From positions 89,652,001-89,716,000 of the forward strand of contig NC_042998.1 of assembly GCF_006345805.1 (NCBI RefSeq): a stretch of DNA of 64,000 nt. Reading direction: 5' to 3'. Below are positions 39,974-53,737 of the stretch, piece by piece (the first letter of the stretch is position 1; each line of letters begins with the position of its first letter). The notes under the pieces were generated by a model. The model saw nothing but the letters and a program-made list of their open reading frames with translations, did not search any database and was not told the DNA's origin. Both the position numbers and the translations under genes were made by a program. This DNA is from Octopus sinensis (lineage: Eukaryota).

Positions 39974-40739
39974 TGTATGTATGTATGTATGTATGTATGT
40001 ATGTATGTATGTATACAAGGTCCCCATCTGCGTGGAATGATCAGGCATGTTTTTGAGAAAGACTGGCAGTTGCCTATGCATGCACGTCTTCTTTCTCTTT
40101 ATACCAGAGTTTATCGGAAGGAAAGCGTACTGGAAAAGGCCGATAATGCTTGCATTGGTACCAGGTCTGACACTAACAGCTCTGCCATTCCACCATTCTG
40201 GATGGATTTTATTTATTTATTTATTTATCTATTTATTTATTTATATATTTCTCGACCATGAAAGGATGAAAGGCGCACTAAACCTCGGCGGGATTTGATA
40301 CTTAAACTGCAGGATATTATATATATTTTTGTTTTTTGTTGTCTTTTTTTTTATAAAATTCAATATAAATCTTACTACTGATATTCTAGTTTCAGAGAAT
40401 AGCTGTAAATTCTAGGGGAAAATACTGTGTTACAATTTGGATAGCTAGATTAAGTTATACTTTCTTTTTTTTTGTGGTAGATAGGTCTTCAGAGAAAAGC
40501 TAATTCCATGGTGATGTTGCTATTAAAAATCAAATTACCATTCGTCATGAAGTAAGCAAAACATATTCTGAATTCCATATGCTACCGAAGAAGAAATGCT
40601 TATTTCTCTGTCTTCTTTAAAGGGGGTGTATCTGCACACCCAGAGAACTGGTTGTACTTCAATGGATAATAAAAGTCTATAACTGATACAAGTATACATG
40701 ACAGAAGGCTGAAATTCTTAGTTCTACATAGAAGAAAAA

Positions 40740-41480
40740 AATACCGAAAACCAGCGTCTTCCCAGAAGGACAGTATCAGAAGATTGTTGGTTTTGCCCCT
40801 AAAAGGTGTTCTAGAATGCTTCTATTTACTTAAGAAAAACATTAAGGACTGGTTGTAGTCTTTGGCCAAATATGGTAACAGCATTTCGAACTGCTGTGCA
40901 GAAAGTCCTTTGGAATGATGAATCAAAATTTGAGATTTGTAGAGAATATCGAGAATATTGCCTTCACACAGCTGGTGAGAATTTCCAATCCTAGTTTATT
41001 TCAACAGCTGTGAAACTGGGAGAGGGAATCGCGACATGGGGTGCATCTTCAACTACAGGTGTTGGTAAGCTTACAATATCTAATCAGTAAATTGCTGGTA
41101 TGGAAATACTTAAAAGTGTTTAAGAGAGGATCACTTCCTAGTCTGAAAAAATTATTTTCACAAGTTAAAGAACAAAGAATTCGTTTATCCGCTAGGCAAT
41201 GATCCTGTTTATACCGCAAAAACATCGAACAGCTGTGAGAGAAAAAGCACCTGAAAACTATGTTGAGGCCTATAGAAAATAATTGGCCATGTATTGGGTA
41301 CAGAATTATTGGAAGAAAATTTATAAATGCTGATCCACTTTGGGAAAATGTGAAACATGAACTGAACGATAAACTCATTTCTTGCAAGAAACGATCTGAT
41401 AGTTTGACTAAATAATTGAGCAAAATAAAGAAAATTAAGAACCTCCATATTTATTTCTAGAAGGATTTCTGCATGATCTC
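40740..41480 (+). pseudogene. Highly degraded Tc1-family transposase fragment
   Basis: Translation pieces KVLWNDESKFE (~40902) and TAVKLGEGIATWGASSTTGVGKL match Tc1 motifs VLWSDESKF and TVKHGGGSVMVWG; many stops and frameshifts. Confidence 0.7.
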
Positions 41481-41973
41481 CAGGTTTTATGCATGAATGA
41501 TTTATTATAAAACAGTTATAAAAATTGCTTTAAAACTGTTCCCGCTCACATTCTTTTGTGCAGGTGTGCGTGTACAGATGCATGTGTATGTATTTTCACA
41601 TACAAACACACACACCTGACTGCGTGCATGTGCAGATATATAACGTGTGGGTATGTGAGAGAGAGAGTGTGTGTGTGTGGGGGGGGGGTAAGCTTGTGAA
41701 TATGCACATATATATGTGTGATAAAATGCATGATTAGGTGTACATATCGGCGTAATGAGAAAGAGAGAGATCACCTAGCTATGTATATATCCCTGTATCA
41801 AGCCTGATTAAGGCTGCTTAAGGTTAACTATTGCCCTGAGCACAGTCCAACTATACTTCATTCCCGACGTTTTCCGTTGCCTAATTGATATGAATGTGAA
41901 ATACTAGATTAAAATTATAGTTTTCTTCTAGGCTTCCTCGAGGCCAGACCTGTAACTATATTAAATTCACATA

Positions 41974-42182
41974 GGGCACGGAGCTGGCAGAAACGTTAGC
42001 ACACCGGGTGAAATGCTAAGCGGTATTTCATCTGTCTTTACGTCCTGTGTTCAAATTCCGTTGAGGTCGACCTTTCATCCTTTTGGGGTCGATAAATTAA
42101 GTACTAGCTGAGTAGTGGAGTCGATCTAATCGACTGGCCCCCTCCCCAAAAATTTCAGATCTTGTGTCTAGAGTAGAAAAGT
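41974..42182 (+). mobile_element. SINE family B
   Basis: Homology to the family B head, body and tail. Confidence 0.87.
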
Positions 42183-42409
42183 ACACACTTTTCATTATTT
42201 TTTTTTTTTTTTTGAAATTCCATCTATTTAACATATTTAGCACTAAACAGCGGGCTGAAATGACAGATTCAATACGTATAACTAGGATAACAGGGAAAAA
42301 TGAAAATTCAATAAGTGAATAAATAAATTTATAATGACTAAATAATCAAAAGTATAAACCATGGCTAGTAGCACGTGACATGTTTTCGCTAATTGATTTT
42401 GTACCCTGT

Positions 42410-42660
42410 GTAGTCAGGAGCAGGAATTAACACCCACTTGGCCCTCCCACTCCTTCACCCAGCTGAACATTAAAGATCAGGAAGCTGGAGTGAGAGAGGC
42501 TAACATTGGTACTAACTAGGTTGATATTTCAATTTATAAAGACTGGAACAACGTGAAATGAAGGACCTTGCTAAAAAATACAATGCATGCCCACTCCAGG
42601 AATATAACTTATGTTTTACGATCGTGTGCTCAGGAGCCAAACCAGTGAGACTCGTGCCAT
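42410..42660 (-). mobile_element. SINE family C, diverged
   Basis: GACTGGAACAACGTGAAATGAAGGACCTTGCT is the reverse complement of the family C body. Confidence 0.6.
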
Positions 42661-43169
42661 CATAAAGGCAAAATACAAATACGTAAATGAATAATTTTAA
42701 ACGAGTCTTTTTACAGGGATTAATGTTAGGTGATAATTTTTTGTAAAAATAATTTTAAGAAGAAATATCGATAAAATAAAGTACCAGTCATATACTGGGG
42801 TTGATGGTATTGACTAATGCCTTTCCATCAAAATATCTGGATTTGTGCCTAAATTAGAAAACATTATTTATACGAAACAAATCTTTTTTTTATTTCTATG
42901 GATTTTAAAATTGAAAATACATAGCATCTCAGTATATGTGGATGAAATTATATAAAATAATGCTTACTGATGCCTACATATGACTTTAAAAAGATCTCTA
43001 CAATATTTGTATTACAAAACCTTTAATTACTTCCTAGGTAACATAAGCTGCAGATTACATTACTAAGTAATTTCCGAAATTTACTAGCTACTTCAACACT
43101 AACATATATCTCTGCTGGCATGATTGCTACATAAGTGCTACTGCAAGAGTAAACCATTTAGGTTGCATA

Positions 43170-43820
43170 TGTGGCATTCACTAGTGTTTAATTCTTTCTT
43201 GTATGCAAATTAAAAAAATGATATCTACTTGGTTTTTGTCTATCTTGGCTTTTATCCAATTAGTTCTTAATGCTTGATCTTGCGCAGCTACTAACAAACC
43301 TCCTGTCTCCCTCTTGAGCTTTCCTTTCTGCAACCATAACCATGTCTCACTACTACTATTTGCTGCAACTATCTTTGGGAATCTACCGCACAATGCCTTT
43401 CCCTACCAGTCATTTCTGTTCTTTTTCCTGATTTTTAAGTACGTTTGGGTTTTTGGCTTCCCTGTGTCTTGCTGTGACTCAAGCAGCTTTTAATAAACTT
43501 TCTTCACTATTACCTACATAGGATTTAATATCTACTTTAGCTAACTCCACACAGCCTTCTACTGATATTAACCCTCTTCCGCCTTCCTTTCTAGGTAGGT
43601 ATAATCTTGCTACACCTGCCTTTGAGTGAAGTCCTCCATTCATATTTAATTGCTTCTTAGTTCTTCTGTCTAGCTTCGATAATTCAGTTTTTATCCAATC
43701 TACAAAAGTTTTTGGGAATCCAAGTAATGATACTGTCGAAGTATTTACAGTCTTCACTAGATTCGGACCATTTGCCTTTGACTTCATTAGCTTCCCCACC
43801 TTTCTGATGGTACTCCTCAA
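43170..43820 (-). mobile_element. R4/Dong-like retrotransposon internal fragment (RT thumb to AAQDQ region)
   Basis: ORFs with RLYLPRKEGGRGLISVE and WLWLQKGKLKRETGGLLVAAQDQALRTNWIKAKID, motifs of RLE-type R4/Dong ORFs. Adjacent to the (ATT)n tract at ~43870-43922. Confidence 0.85.
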
Positions 43821-43870
43821 TTTTCGTTTTCATGTCTGTAGTTAGTACTCATAGATCATCATCATCATCA

Positions 43871-43923
<53 letters not shown>

Positions 43924-43924
43924 T

Positions 43925-44240
43925 TGGTTTAGCTCAGGTTCGGTCTTATTCCTGGTAGGAATCGTGTGGAGAGTGGGTTACTACATGTAACTTTAGGTAC
44001 CCACAAGTTTTCGGCAGTCTTCCAAGTGCTTCGAACCCTATGATAATCCTTGCTATCCCTAAGAGACGAACTTTCTGTAAGAGCTCTACCTGGCATTCTA
44101 TTTCGTTCTCATTCAGCCATTTGTCTATATCTTGGCTTATTGTTCCCAACACAGCAATTACTATAGGAACGGCCTTTACTGTCCGTAGGCTCTAAATTCT
44201 TATTTAAAATTTTAAGGAATTGTATTTTTCTCTCTCTTTC
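43925..44240 (-). mobile_element. R4/Dong-like retrotransposon 3' end (RLE C-terminus + 3' UTR)
   Basis: AVPIVIAVLGTISQDIDKWL...ELLQKVRLLGIARII, followed on the minus strand by an (AAT)n tract. Confidence 0.78.
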
Positions 44241-44286
44241 TACACGAGCCTGGAATCAAACAGGCATGATTATTATTATCATTATT

Positions 44287-44810
44287 GAGTGAGACAACAG
44301 AGCATGCCATCAAAGGGATACGAAGCCCAGTATAGCCATCATTACTACCCGTCTGATTAGGGTACACCAGGCACATGCATCATAACCATATGTGCGCGAC
44401 ATAGTGATCTCATATCAAGATAGACAGCGCATGACCTTGCAGGTGAGACCCAGTTAGAATTTTCTTCGGGTTAAGCAACCCGTCCCGCTCAAAAGATCTC
44501 TGAATAAGGGTTATTTAAGGATGATGAACGAAACACCCATGTATCCAAACTCCAAAGAATTCCTCTCGACACATGGCTATGATGCTCCCCCACCACTTCT
44601 GCTTGTGATCAGAGATGCTCATATCGCCGCCCACTAAGGGACATGCTCAACTGGTTAAAGTCAAACAACTGACAAGCAAGTCTGTGGTATTGAGCAGAAT
44701 ATTTACTGTAGCTCATCTTTTATACCAAAATAAAACAACGTACATGATAACACTTCCAATCAGTTAAGATCAGAAGCCATGAGAGCCAGTGCCTGGTACT
44801 GCATCAGGGC

Positions 44811-44814
<4 letters not shown>
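44287..44814 (-). mobile_element. Non-coding ~530-555 bp element flanked by (TAA)n, copy 1
   Basis: Homologous to 44851-45406 and 45443-45780; (ATT)n on both sides; no long ORF. Confidence 0.8.
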
Positions 44815-44850
<36 letters not shown>

Positions 44851-45402
44851 GAGTGAGAGAGCAGTTCATGCCATCAAGTGACACTGGGGTAAAATATACG
44901 AAGCCCAGTATACCCATCATGACTACCTGTCTGATAAGGGTACACTAGGCACATGCATCACAACCATGTGTGCGCGACATGGTGATCTCATATCAAGATA
45001 AACAGCACATGACCTTGCAGGTGGGGCCCAGTTAGAATTTTCTTCAGGTTGAGTAGCCCATCCCGCTCAAACGGTCCCTGAATAAGGGTTGTTTAAGGAT
45101 GTTGAAAGAGCCACCCATGTTCCAGAGATGAACTATTAAAACCCCAAAGAATTCCTCTCGACACATGGCTATGATGCTCCCCCACCACTTCTGCTTGTGA
45201 TCAGAGATGCTCATATCGCCGCCCACTAAGGGACATGCTCAACTGGTTAAAGTCAAACAACTGACAAGCAAGTCTGTGGTATTGAGCAGAATATTTACTG
45301 TAGCTCATCTTTTATACCAAAATAAAACAACGTACATGATAACACTTCCAATCAGTTAAGATCAGAAGCCATGAGAGCCAGTGCCTGGTACTGCATCAGG
45401 GC

Positions 45403-45406
<4 letters not shown>
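44851..45406 (-). mobile_element. Non-coding (TAA)n-flanked element, copy 2 (apparently chimeric)
   Basis: First half is near identical to copy 3 and second half near identical to copy 1; period 592 bp. Confidence 0.8.
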
Positions 45407-45442
<36 letters not shown>

Positions 45443-45779
45443 GAGTGAGAGAGCAGTTCATGCCATCAAAGTGACACTGGGGTAAAATATACGAAGCCCA
45501 GTATACCCATCATGACTACCTGTCTGATAAGGGTACACTAGGCACATGCATCACAACCATGTGTGCGCGACATGGTGATCTCATATCAAGATAAACAGCA
45601 CATGACCTTGCAGGTGGGGCCCAGTTAGAATTTTCTTCAGGTTGAGTAGCCCATCCCGCTCAAACGGTCCCTGAATAAGGGTTGTTTAAGGATGTTGAAA
45701 GAGCCACCCATGTTTCCAGAGATGAACTATTAAAACCCCAGAGAAACCCTCTCAACACATGGCTATGATGCTCCCCCAC

Positions 45780-45780
<1 letters not shown>
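45443..45780 (-). mobile_element. Non-coding (TAA)n-flanked element, copy 3 (truncated)
   Basis: Ends abruptly at ATGCTCCCCCACT and passes into (ATT)n. Confidence 0.8.
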
Positions 45781-45935
<155 letters not shown>

Positions 45936-45939
45936 TAAA

Positions 45940-47295
45940 ACTCACAGTTTATTTTGATGGGTATAATTGTAAGTGACTGCTGTCTACAGCCAGCAGACTG
46001 ATGTGCCACTTGTTTTACTGGTCATGCTTTAACAGCCCTGCGAAGAATTCTTGCAGTTCCAAGCAATGCTGATTTTTGTCGTTGTTCTACCTTCACACTT
46101 TCAGTCATGTTAGTAGTTGAGTGCTGATACTTCCAAATACATCAATTGCTATTGGTATCACGTCTACTCTCTTCATTGACCACAGCATTCGTATTTCCCA
46201 CTTTAAATCGACATAGTTGTTTAGTTTTCGTCTTTCACATTCATCCTGTTGTCATAGGGGCATGCTATGTCGATTAACGTATACGTTCTTTGTTTTTTAT
46301 TCACCACAGCAATGCCCGGTTTCCGATGTCTGGTCAAGTGATTGCACTGGATCATTGCCTTCCACAGGATTTTGCAATTCTCATTTTCGGTAACTCCTTC
46401 TGGAGTTTTCTCATACCACGTCTTTGCTCTTTGTAGGCCGTCATTTCCACAGAGCTCACAATGGATCATTCTTGTCACATTGTCATGGTGTCATTTGTAT
46501 TCGCGTTGTGCCAATTTCGGGCATTCGCTATACAATTTTCAGTTTTGATGACACTAGCCGTCTTCGTGTGTTTCAACAGTGGCTCTACGGCATTTTTATA
46601 TACCACCTTAGGCTGTTTTCCTCTGCTTCAATACAATCCTGGCAACTGATCAAACCTACACCCCTCTTTCTTCTGGACAAGTACAGCCTATCGGTGTCAC
46701 TCTTAGGGTGGAAGCCTCCGTACTGTCAACATTTTTTTTTTTGGTCTTGGTATCCATTTTCTTCATTTCTCTCTTTTTGCCATTTTTTAATTCCCGCTCC
46801 ATAGCGAAGAGATGCTACCGCCCATGTATTAACTGCTTGGATTTTATTCCATCCACTCGATTTTGAGCGCAGCACCAACCTGAGTCTTCGTAAATACTCC
46901 GTCCTCAGTTGCTCCTTCATTTCCGTTTTCATTACCTCCTTGACCTCTAGTACACCAAGGTATTTGTATCCTTCTGCTTTAATTTGCTTAGTCAAGTCTC
47001 TATTCGGTAATTCTATCCTTGCTAGGGATTGTATCTTGCCTCTTTTTAGGTAGATTATTCCGTATTTCTTGAGTCCACATTCCGTTCTAAAATCATTACT
47101 AAAACAATGGACCGTCTTCACCAAGGAACTTACTGTGTCTTATCTTTGTCATACAGTTTCAAATCATCCATGAAGAGGAGGTGGTTGATTGCTTAGGATT
47201 TTCCTTTAAGTTGGTACCCCAGGTTCATTTTCCTGAGTACCAAGATCAGGGATGTCATGCAGAGAACGAAAAGCAACGGAGATAGGCTGTCCCCC
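45940..47295 (-). mobile_element. 5'-truncated R4/Dong-like retrotransposon (RT, RLE, 3' UTR), degraded
   Basis: GDSLSPLLFVLC, INHLLFMDDLKL, GYKYLGVLE, NKIQAVNTWAVASLRYGAG, WYEKTPEGVTENENCKILW, RKPGIAVVNKKQ, TLIDIACPYD; ends at an (AAT)n tract. Confidence 0.9.
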
Positions 47296-47493
47296 TGGTC
47301 ATGCTTCAACAACCCTGCGAAGAATTCTTGCAATTCCAAGCAATGCTGATTTTTGTAGGTGTTCTACCTTCACATTTGCGCCGATCTTTTTCAGCCATGT
47401 CAGTAGTTGAGTGCTGATACTTCAAAGTGCACCAGTTACTATTAGTATCACGTCTACTCTCTTCATTGACCACAACCTTCGTATTTCCCACTT
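47296..47493 (-). mobile_element. Second copy of the R4/Dong RLE C-terminal segment
   Basis: Strong nucleotide similarity to 46022-46203 (CCCTGCGAAGAATTCTTGCA...GTATTTCCCACTT). Confidence 0.8.
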
Positions 47494-47499
47494 ATATAT

Positions 47500-47930
47500 T
47501 AGATGGAGAGAAACTTCCTAAGAACGTGGGTGGTTTATATCAACACAAATTTTTGTGTCTCATAAATTGTTGATTTCGCAGGGATCTGGTCAAAACGTTT
47601 TTCAGTACTTTTCTTGATCATTCCCAGGGAAACTACAACAACAGGGATGTTTTTCATTGCAGAGTCTACACTTTGTGTCAACCTCATTGTGTGTGCTTGA
47701 TAGTTCCGAGTGAGAAGACCCTGATCTTGTGCCGCTAGGATAAATCCTTCTGTTTCGGCATTCAAATCAACACTCTACTGCCACTGATGGCTTCTTCTCA
47801 TATCTACATCAGTTTCCCCATGCAATGGTTTTTCTTGCCACAGTCTTGATATTTTCTTCAAGCTTCCTTGTTTGGCTTTTGTTTTACACATTTTTGCTGT
47901 CTTAGCGGTGATGTGTCCCCCTTATCATCA
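47500..47930 (-). mobile_element. Internally deleted R4/Dong-like fragment
   Basis: WQEKPLHG...AETEGFILAAQDQGLLTRNYQAH fused almost directly to IPVVVVSLGMIKK; zinc knuckle and catalytic RLE motifs are absent. Confidence 0.72.
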
Positions 47931-48802
47931 TCATAATCAGGGAAGTTAAGCTGTATGTGTGTATAGATAGAAAAACTTTATCCTATGCAATATCATCGTG
48001 AATAGAAGAACAAATGTTGTAAACGATGTTTCTATGTCTATTCATAAAAACAGCGTATGTTGGCTCTGTGTGTGGAAGGGAGATGCGTGCGTATGTGTGC
48101 TTGATATTTTAGACCACGTTTTATGAAGCTCTGAATCAGCTGCACATTTTACGTAAGGCAAATCCGGTATTAGAAAAAAAACTTTAGTGTTTTCCTCTTC
48201 CTCTTGGGCCCCAAGCTTAATGATTAATCCGACCGTGTATATAAATATATTTTCTTATACCCGTTTTCTAGTGTTACCAGACGTTTTCTCTTACTCATAT
48301 GCATATATTTGCATATCTGCATGTGTGTTTGAAATTTTTTTCTATATAAGGAAATATGTATGACTGGTTCTTCAATGATTACATCTGTTTGTAATTTATG
48401 TTGAGATTTGCAAATCGCTGTTCATGAATGTTTAATGGATGTTATATATATATATATGCCAAATGAAAGACGAAAGACGGAATATACGAGAATTTATGAT
48501 TAATCACGACAATTGTTTCGACACATCTATAGCACTGACTCCTTTAATGCAATGCACGTTACCATATCAATATCGATGACATTTATTTGTTTGTTTGTTT
48601 TTTGCAAGATCTGTTCAAGATACAATTTACTGCATATGAAGTTGACATTTGTTTCATACGTTCTGCACTATTTATAACGACAGTTTACTATCATTTAAAC
48701 CTATGGTCTTTAATTTACAAACTAAAGTTCAAGTTTTCCCAACAAACGTCTTCGTTCAAATCTTGTTTCAGTATCCCATATCTCTTTCTCACATGTACAT
48801 TT

Positions 48803-48840
<38 letters not shown>

Positions 48841-49585
48841 GGTGTGTGTGTATGTATATGTATGTATGTGCATATATATATATATACACACACAAATTGT
48901 ATATCACTATACAAATATTTGCGTATATATAGTGTGTATGTATAATTTATTTCTGTGTGCGTGTGAGCATGCATATTTGTGTATGCGTGTGTATGCGTGT
49001 GAACGCATATTAAACAATGATTAATTGTTCTTTAGCAAAGGAAATGCGTTGGAAGAGAGCTAGATCAAACCAAGACAAATCTTTCTATTCAAAGTGTTAG
49101 TTCCCACATACCCTATGAAATGAATACTTCGTTATTTCTAACGTATTTTCTCATGATCATTCATCAAAGCTGTAATTGATTCTAATTTATGCATCCCCTT
49201 ATTCATCTGATGTATGCATATATATATATGTATGTTTGTATGTATAATGTTTGTAAATACACACACACTCAAACAAACATACACATTCATACATGCACAC
49301 ACACACATATGATGTTTGTTATTTGTAAGGTAACCAGGATTACATCCGGAGCCTGCGTATTCTTCAGTCGACATTTTGGTCAACTTATAAACACAAACGT
49401 GCTGCGTGTGTGTGTATGTGTGTGCGCGCGCACGCGTGTATCTTTTGCTCTTTTACCTTGTTACTAGTTTCAGCTTGGGAACTGTAATCATGCTGCACCT
49501 CCATTAATAGTGATTTGTAATCGTGATACAAATTGTAATCTTTCCAATCCCAGTGCATCCTTAAGACTATAATGATTTCCATACT

Positions 49586-49985
49586 AAGGCGGCGAGCTGG
49601 CAGAAACGTAAGCACGCCGAGCGAAATGCGTAGCCGTATTTCGTCTGCCGTTACGTTCTGAGTTCAAATTCCGCTGAGGTCGACTTTGCCTTTCATCCTT
49701 TCGGGGTCGATTAAATAAGTACCAGTTACGCACTGGGGTCGATGTAATCGACTTAATCCGTATGTCTGTCCTTGTTTGTCCTCTTTATGTTTAGCCCCTT
49801 GTGGGTAGTAAAGAAATAGGTATTTCGTCTGCCGTTACGTTCTGAGTTCAAATTCCGCCGAGTTCGACTTTGCCTTTCATCCTTTCGGGGTCGATAAATT
49901 AAGTACCAGTTGTGTACTGGGTCAGTTTAATCGACTGGCTCCTCCCCAAAAATTTAGGGCCTTGTTTCTAGAGTAGAAAAGAATA
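49586..49985 (+). mobile_element. Dimeric SINE family B, well preserved
   Basis: AAGGCGGCGAGCTGGCAGAAACGT head, body twice with the same linker as 27635-28040, tail GGCCTTGTTTCTAGAGTAGAAAAG. Confidence 0.92.
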
Positions 49986-50448
49986 ATTTCCATACTAGTT
50001 TAATAAACGAACAACTTCACCCATTTTTCTTTACGAAATGATTTTCGAAACCTATTTACATCACACTAGAACTGCTAGCCACTATTCTCAGACAGTAGTG
50101 AAGTCTTTTCTTCAAGTAATCGTGCCTGCATTTCCTCAGTCACAATAATTACTACACGCTAGTGACTTGAAAGATGTCTGTCACCTTTGTTTCTGCTAGA
50201 CAGACTTGTTAAACAACTTGGTGTTCGACAAACAGCGATAAAGAGATGCCTTGCTTTGTTTACAATATCATTTAGCGCATCAGCATTTTATGCTGTTGTT
50301 GTCAATTCTTTTAGCTTTGCTTTATACCAATTGAAATAATTGCACTATATCCTTTGCCTGTGCTATATTGCCCATTCGTTCGTATTTACACATGTAAATA
50401 TAGGCCTGTATGTAGTCGCCTCCCTGTATCCCCTTTTGGAGGTGTGTA

Positions 50449-50449
50449 T

Positions 50450-50522
<73 letters not shown>

Positions 50523-50523
50523 G
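50449..50523. repeat. (GATA)n microsatellite
   Basis: Directly visible. Confidence 0.98.
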
Positions 50524-51761
50524 AGAGCGAGGGGGGGGAGAGAAATGCATTCTTTTATACATATAGACGCACGCACACACACACAGACATTTCGAAATAT
50601 GCTAGTGATAAAATTAAGAATGCCACCACCCCCCATATCCTACACATGTGTAGCATGTTCCCGTGTATATATAAAACACCAAGATTTAATCAGTAAAAGA
50701 CATATTGTCAATTCATACTTACCAGCTGATATTTTACCCCAATTTTCTTTATTGCATAGTCCCTCATGGAATTTTAGTAAGTTCACATGAAACCACAGGC
50801 ATCCGTGAAATATGGTTCAAACTCTTGTACTAGATAAAGCAGCGAAGGACATTTCAGCAGTAGTAGCGTATTAGTTTTTAGTTTCTGGAGGCGGGCTCCC
50901 CGCTAAGTTAAACTACTTGAAGAAACATAACACCCATACTTCAAATCTCTAAGTAAAGTCTAAAATTGTCCATTGTATTTAGTGTATTGCTGGTACATTT
51001 AGTTGAATGGCAGATATAAATATTGCTACTTTCTTAGAGTTATCATCGAATCAACTAGTTGACATTCAAATCACTTTTGTAAGCTGAAACGATTAACAAA
51101 ATATCATGAAACCGATGATATGTAAGTAACTGGTTATCTGTTATAGTCATCACTCTAAAATAATAATAATGTATTTCATATAAAAGCAAAAGATAAATAC
51201 ATTAATTTTTTAGCAGTATTTTGACAAAATCCATCAGAGAATAACTGCATTGTTTTCCCTACGTACTTCAGGGACCTTTACTCTATAAAATTTGTCCTTG
51301 AGTTCCGCTTCAATTCAACGAAGCAAAAAAGAAAACAAAATTGTATGAGATTTGAATTTCGTCTATTGTTGAAGCGTGAATTGTGCAAACATCGTGTGAC
51401 TGAATCAGTCTGATACGCCAATTGTAGATAACTTTTCTTCCACTAACTTACATTTGATAATACGGGAAATGCGTATAGAATAAAAGTTAGAAAATATACG
51501 GAACCATATGTCATCCAATAAAGAAGATAAACGTCTGTTCGCTGCTCGGGCATTAAAGTTGTTAGGAAATTAGCAAAAATTCTTCGAAATAAATAAAATG
51601 AAATGTACACACCACACACACACACACACACAACACACACACTCACGCACGTGCACACGCACACACATATTTGATATCGCTATAATGAATTTGTATATCT
51701 GGCACGTTTGCATACGTACATGCATAATTCTAAGATACATAGAACATTTACATCACTCACG

Positions 51762-52115
<354 letters not shown>

Positions 52116-53737
52116 TTTGAATGTCTTTATATGTATAAATGCACCTCAGTATACTTTGCGAATGTATGCATTCACAATTCGCACATTTCGAGTAACTTTA
52201 AATCAAAAAAGAAAAGAAAAAATTTATAAAGGTTCATTCGAACTGTAAAAAATTAAATTAGTTCTGCTTGAAAGGATGAAAAAATGTAAATAAGCAAATT
52301 AAATATTTTCTTCATTTCATTGACTTGTCGACAATGACTATGTCACTGTCATGTTCTTTTAAACTTGTGTGGAGTATAACAGTTTTATACTCCACACAAT
52401 ACCTATGAACTAAGCTTTGAAACCATAATGTGTAATTGAATTAGATGATAAGCACTCCGTTTTACGGTGGTTGGTCTTGTTTTGATACAGGCGTTGTTCT
52501 GTACTCCAGGACATCTCTACCGCATGCCTGGCGGCAGAGTAATATAACACAGTGAAGCACTCAGTTATGAAAAAAAAATAGTAATAGTTTGTAGTCTGTT
52601 GATTAACTGTGGTAGATGTTTAGTGCCAATAGCAAATCTTATGGGAATAGATTTAGTTAACTAATGAACTAAATAAAGTCTCCATTACAGCTCAGCCAAT
52701 CGAATGTAATCGATGTTTTAGCGTTTTTCATATTTAGTTAAAACTATTCAATTTTCCCGATTCAAACTTGCCGATATGTTTTCCTAATTAAACCATAAGC
52801 TTCCTAAATATGTTTTCTATTCAATTTCTAGCTTTGCTTCAAAGTTATACACTTCGTTTGCGGAGAACGGTCGGGTGAGTTGATCTCAGATTAATGAATG
52901 TCAAAGTTGATCTTTGCGGTACTTGAACTCAGAACTTCAAGAGAGATAACTGAAGACCACCTGACGTTTTAGCTTGGCGTTCCACCATTTTAACCACTTG
53001 ATCCCCCTCAAGACAACGTGAATATTGGGAAAGCAACTCTGCTGTGCAAATTGTAATCCTTTCCTGTGATTCTTAAAAGTTCCCAGAGACAAATCTTTAA
53101 TATCTATATAAAGTTCTGTCAAAAGAAAATGTAATAAAATATAACAAAGAAAGCCCATGAATTATCAGTATGCGATATTTCTACATCTTTTTTGAAGCGA
53201 AAATCGTTTTAGTTCTATGTATAGACATGACATTTTGTTAGTAGTTTGTATCTTAATGTATTTCAAGAAGATACAGCACAAATGTTTCTAATACTTAACC
53301 ATTAAGGAAGCTACTAAGATTGATACAAAGGTTTTCGGGGGAGAGATAAAGCAATTTCTTCATTTTCTATATGTTACTCGTGAAATCCAAGTTTTCATAG
53401 ACGCTTCAGATCTTTAAGTAACACTGAGGTTACTCTCATCAGTATACAAGAATTCCAAATACCGCCTATCATAATTCTGGTTTTCGGCCAAAGCGGTATC
53501 GAGGTTAAAAAGTCCTAAGAGGATTTTTTCTCTCCAGATATAATTCTACTTCAAATAAAACCATTCTTAAAAGTTATTTTCAGCAATGTAAGGTGCATAA
53601 GTCTGAAAAGTAAAACTTCATTACGCCTACTTACGTCATTTGAAAGAGAAATAGAAATCAACTCAAAGGAGTTTGTATGCATCCTGACTGTATAATGGAA
53701 GATGTCTGCTTTTACTAGTGAGAATCTCTATATCTCT

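Noticed and set aside
44795-44812. CCTGGTACTGCA similarity to the 3' part of U2 snRNA
   Set aside because: Only an 11/12-nt match; the rest of U2 is absent.
48500-48545. Third hammerhead-like remnant on the minus strand (GAAAC-AATT-GTC)
   Set aside because: The CUGANGA box is not recognisable; at best a decayed Penelope-like end.
52880-53080. Exon-like minus-strand reading AELLSQYSRCLEGDQVVKMVERQAKTS
   Set aside because: Its 3' half aligns with a decayed SINE B head; illustrates how chance protein-like readings arise here.
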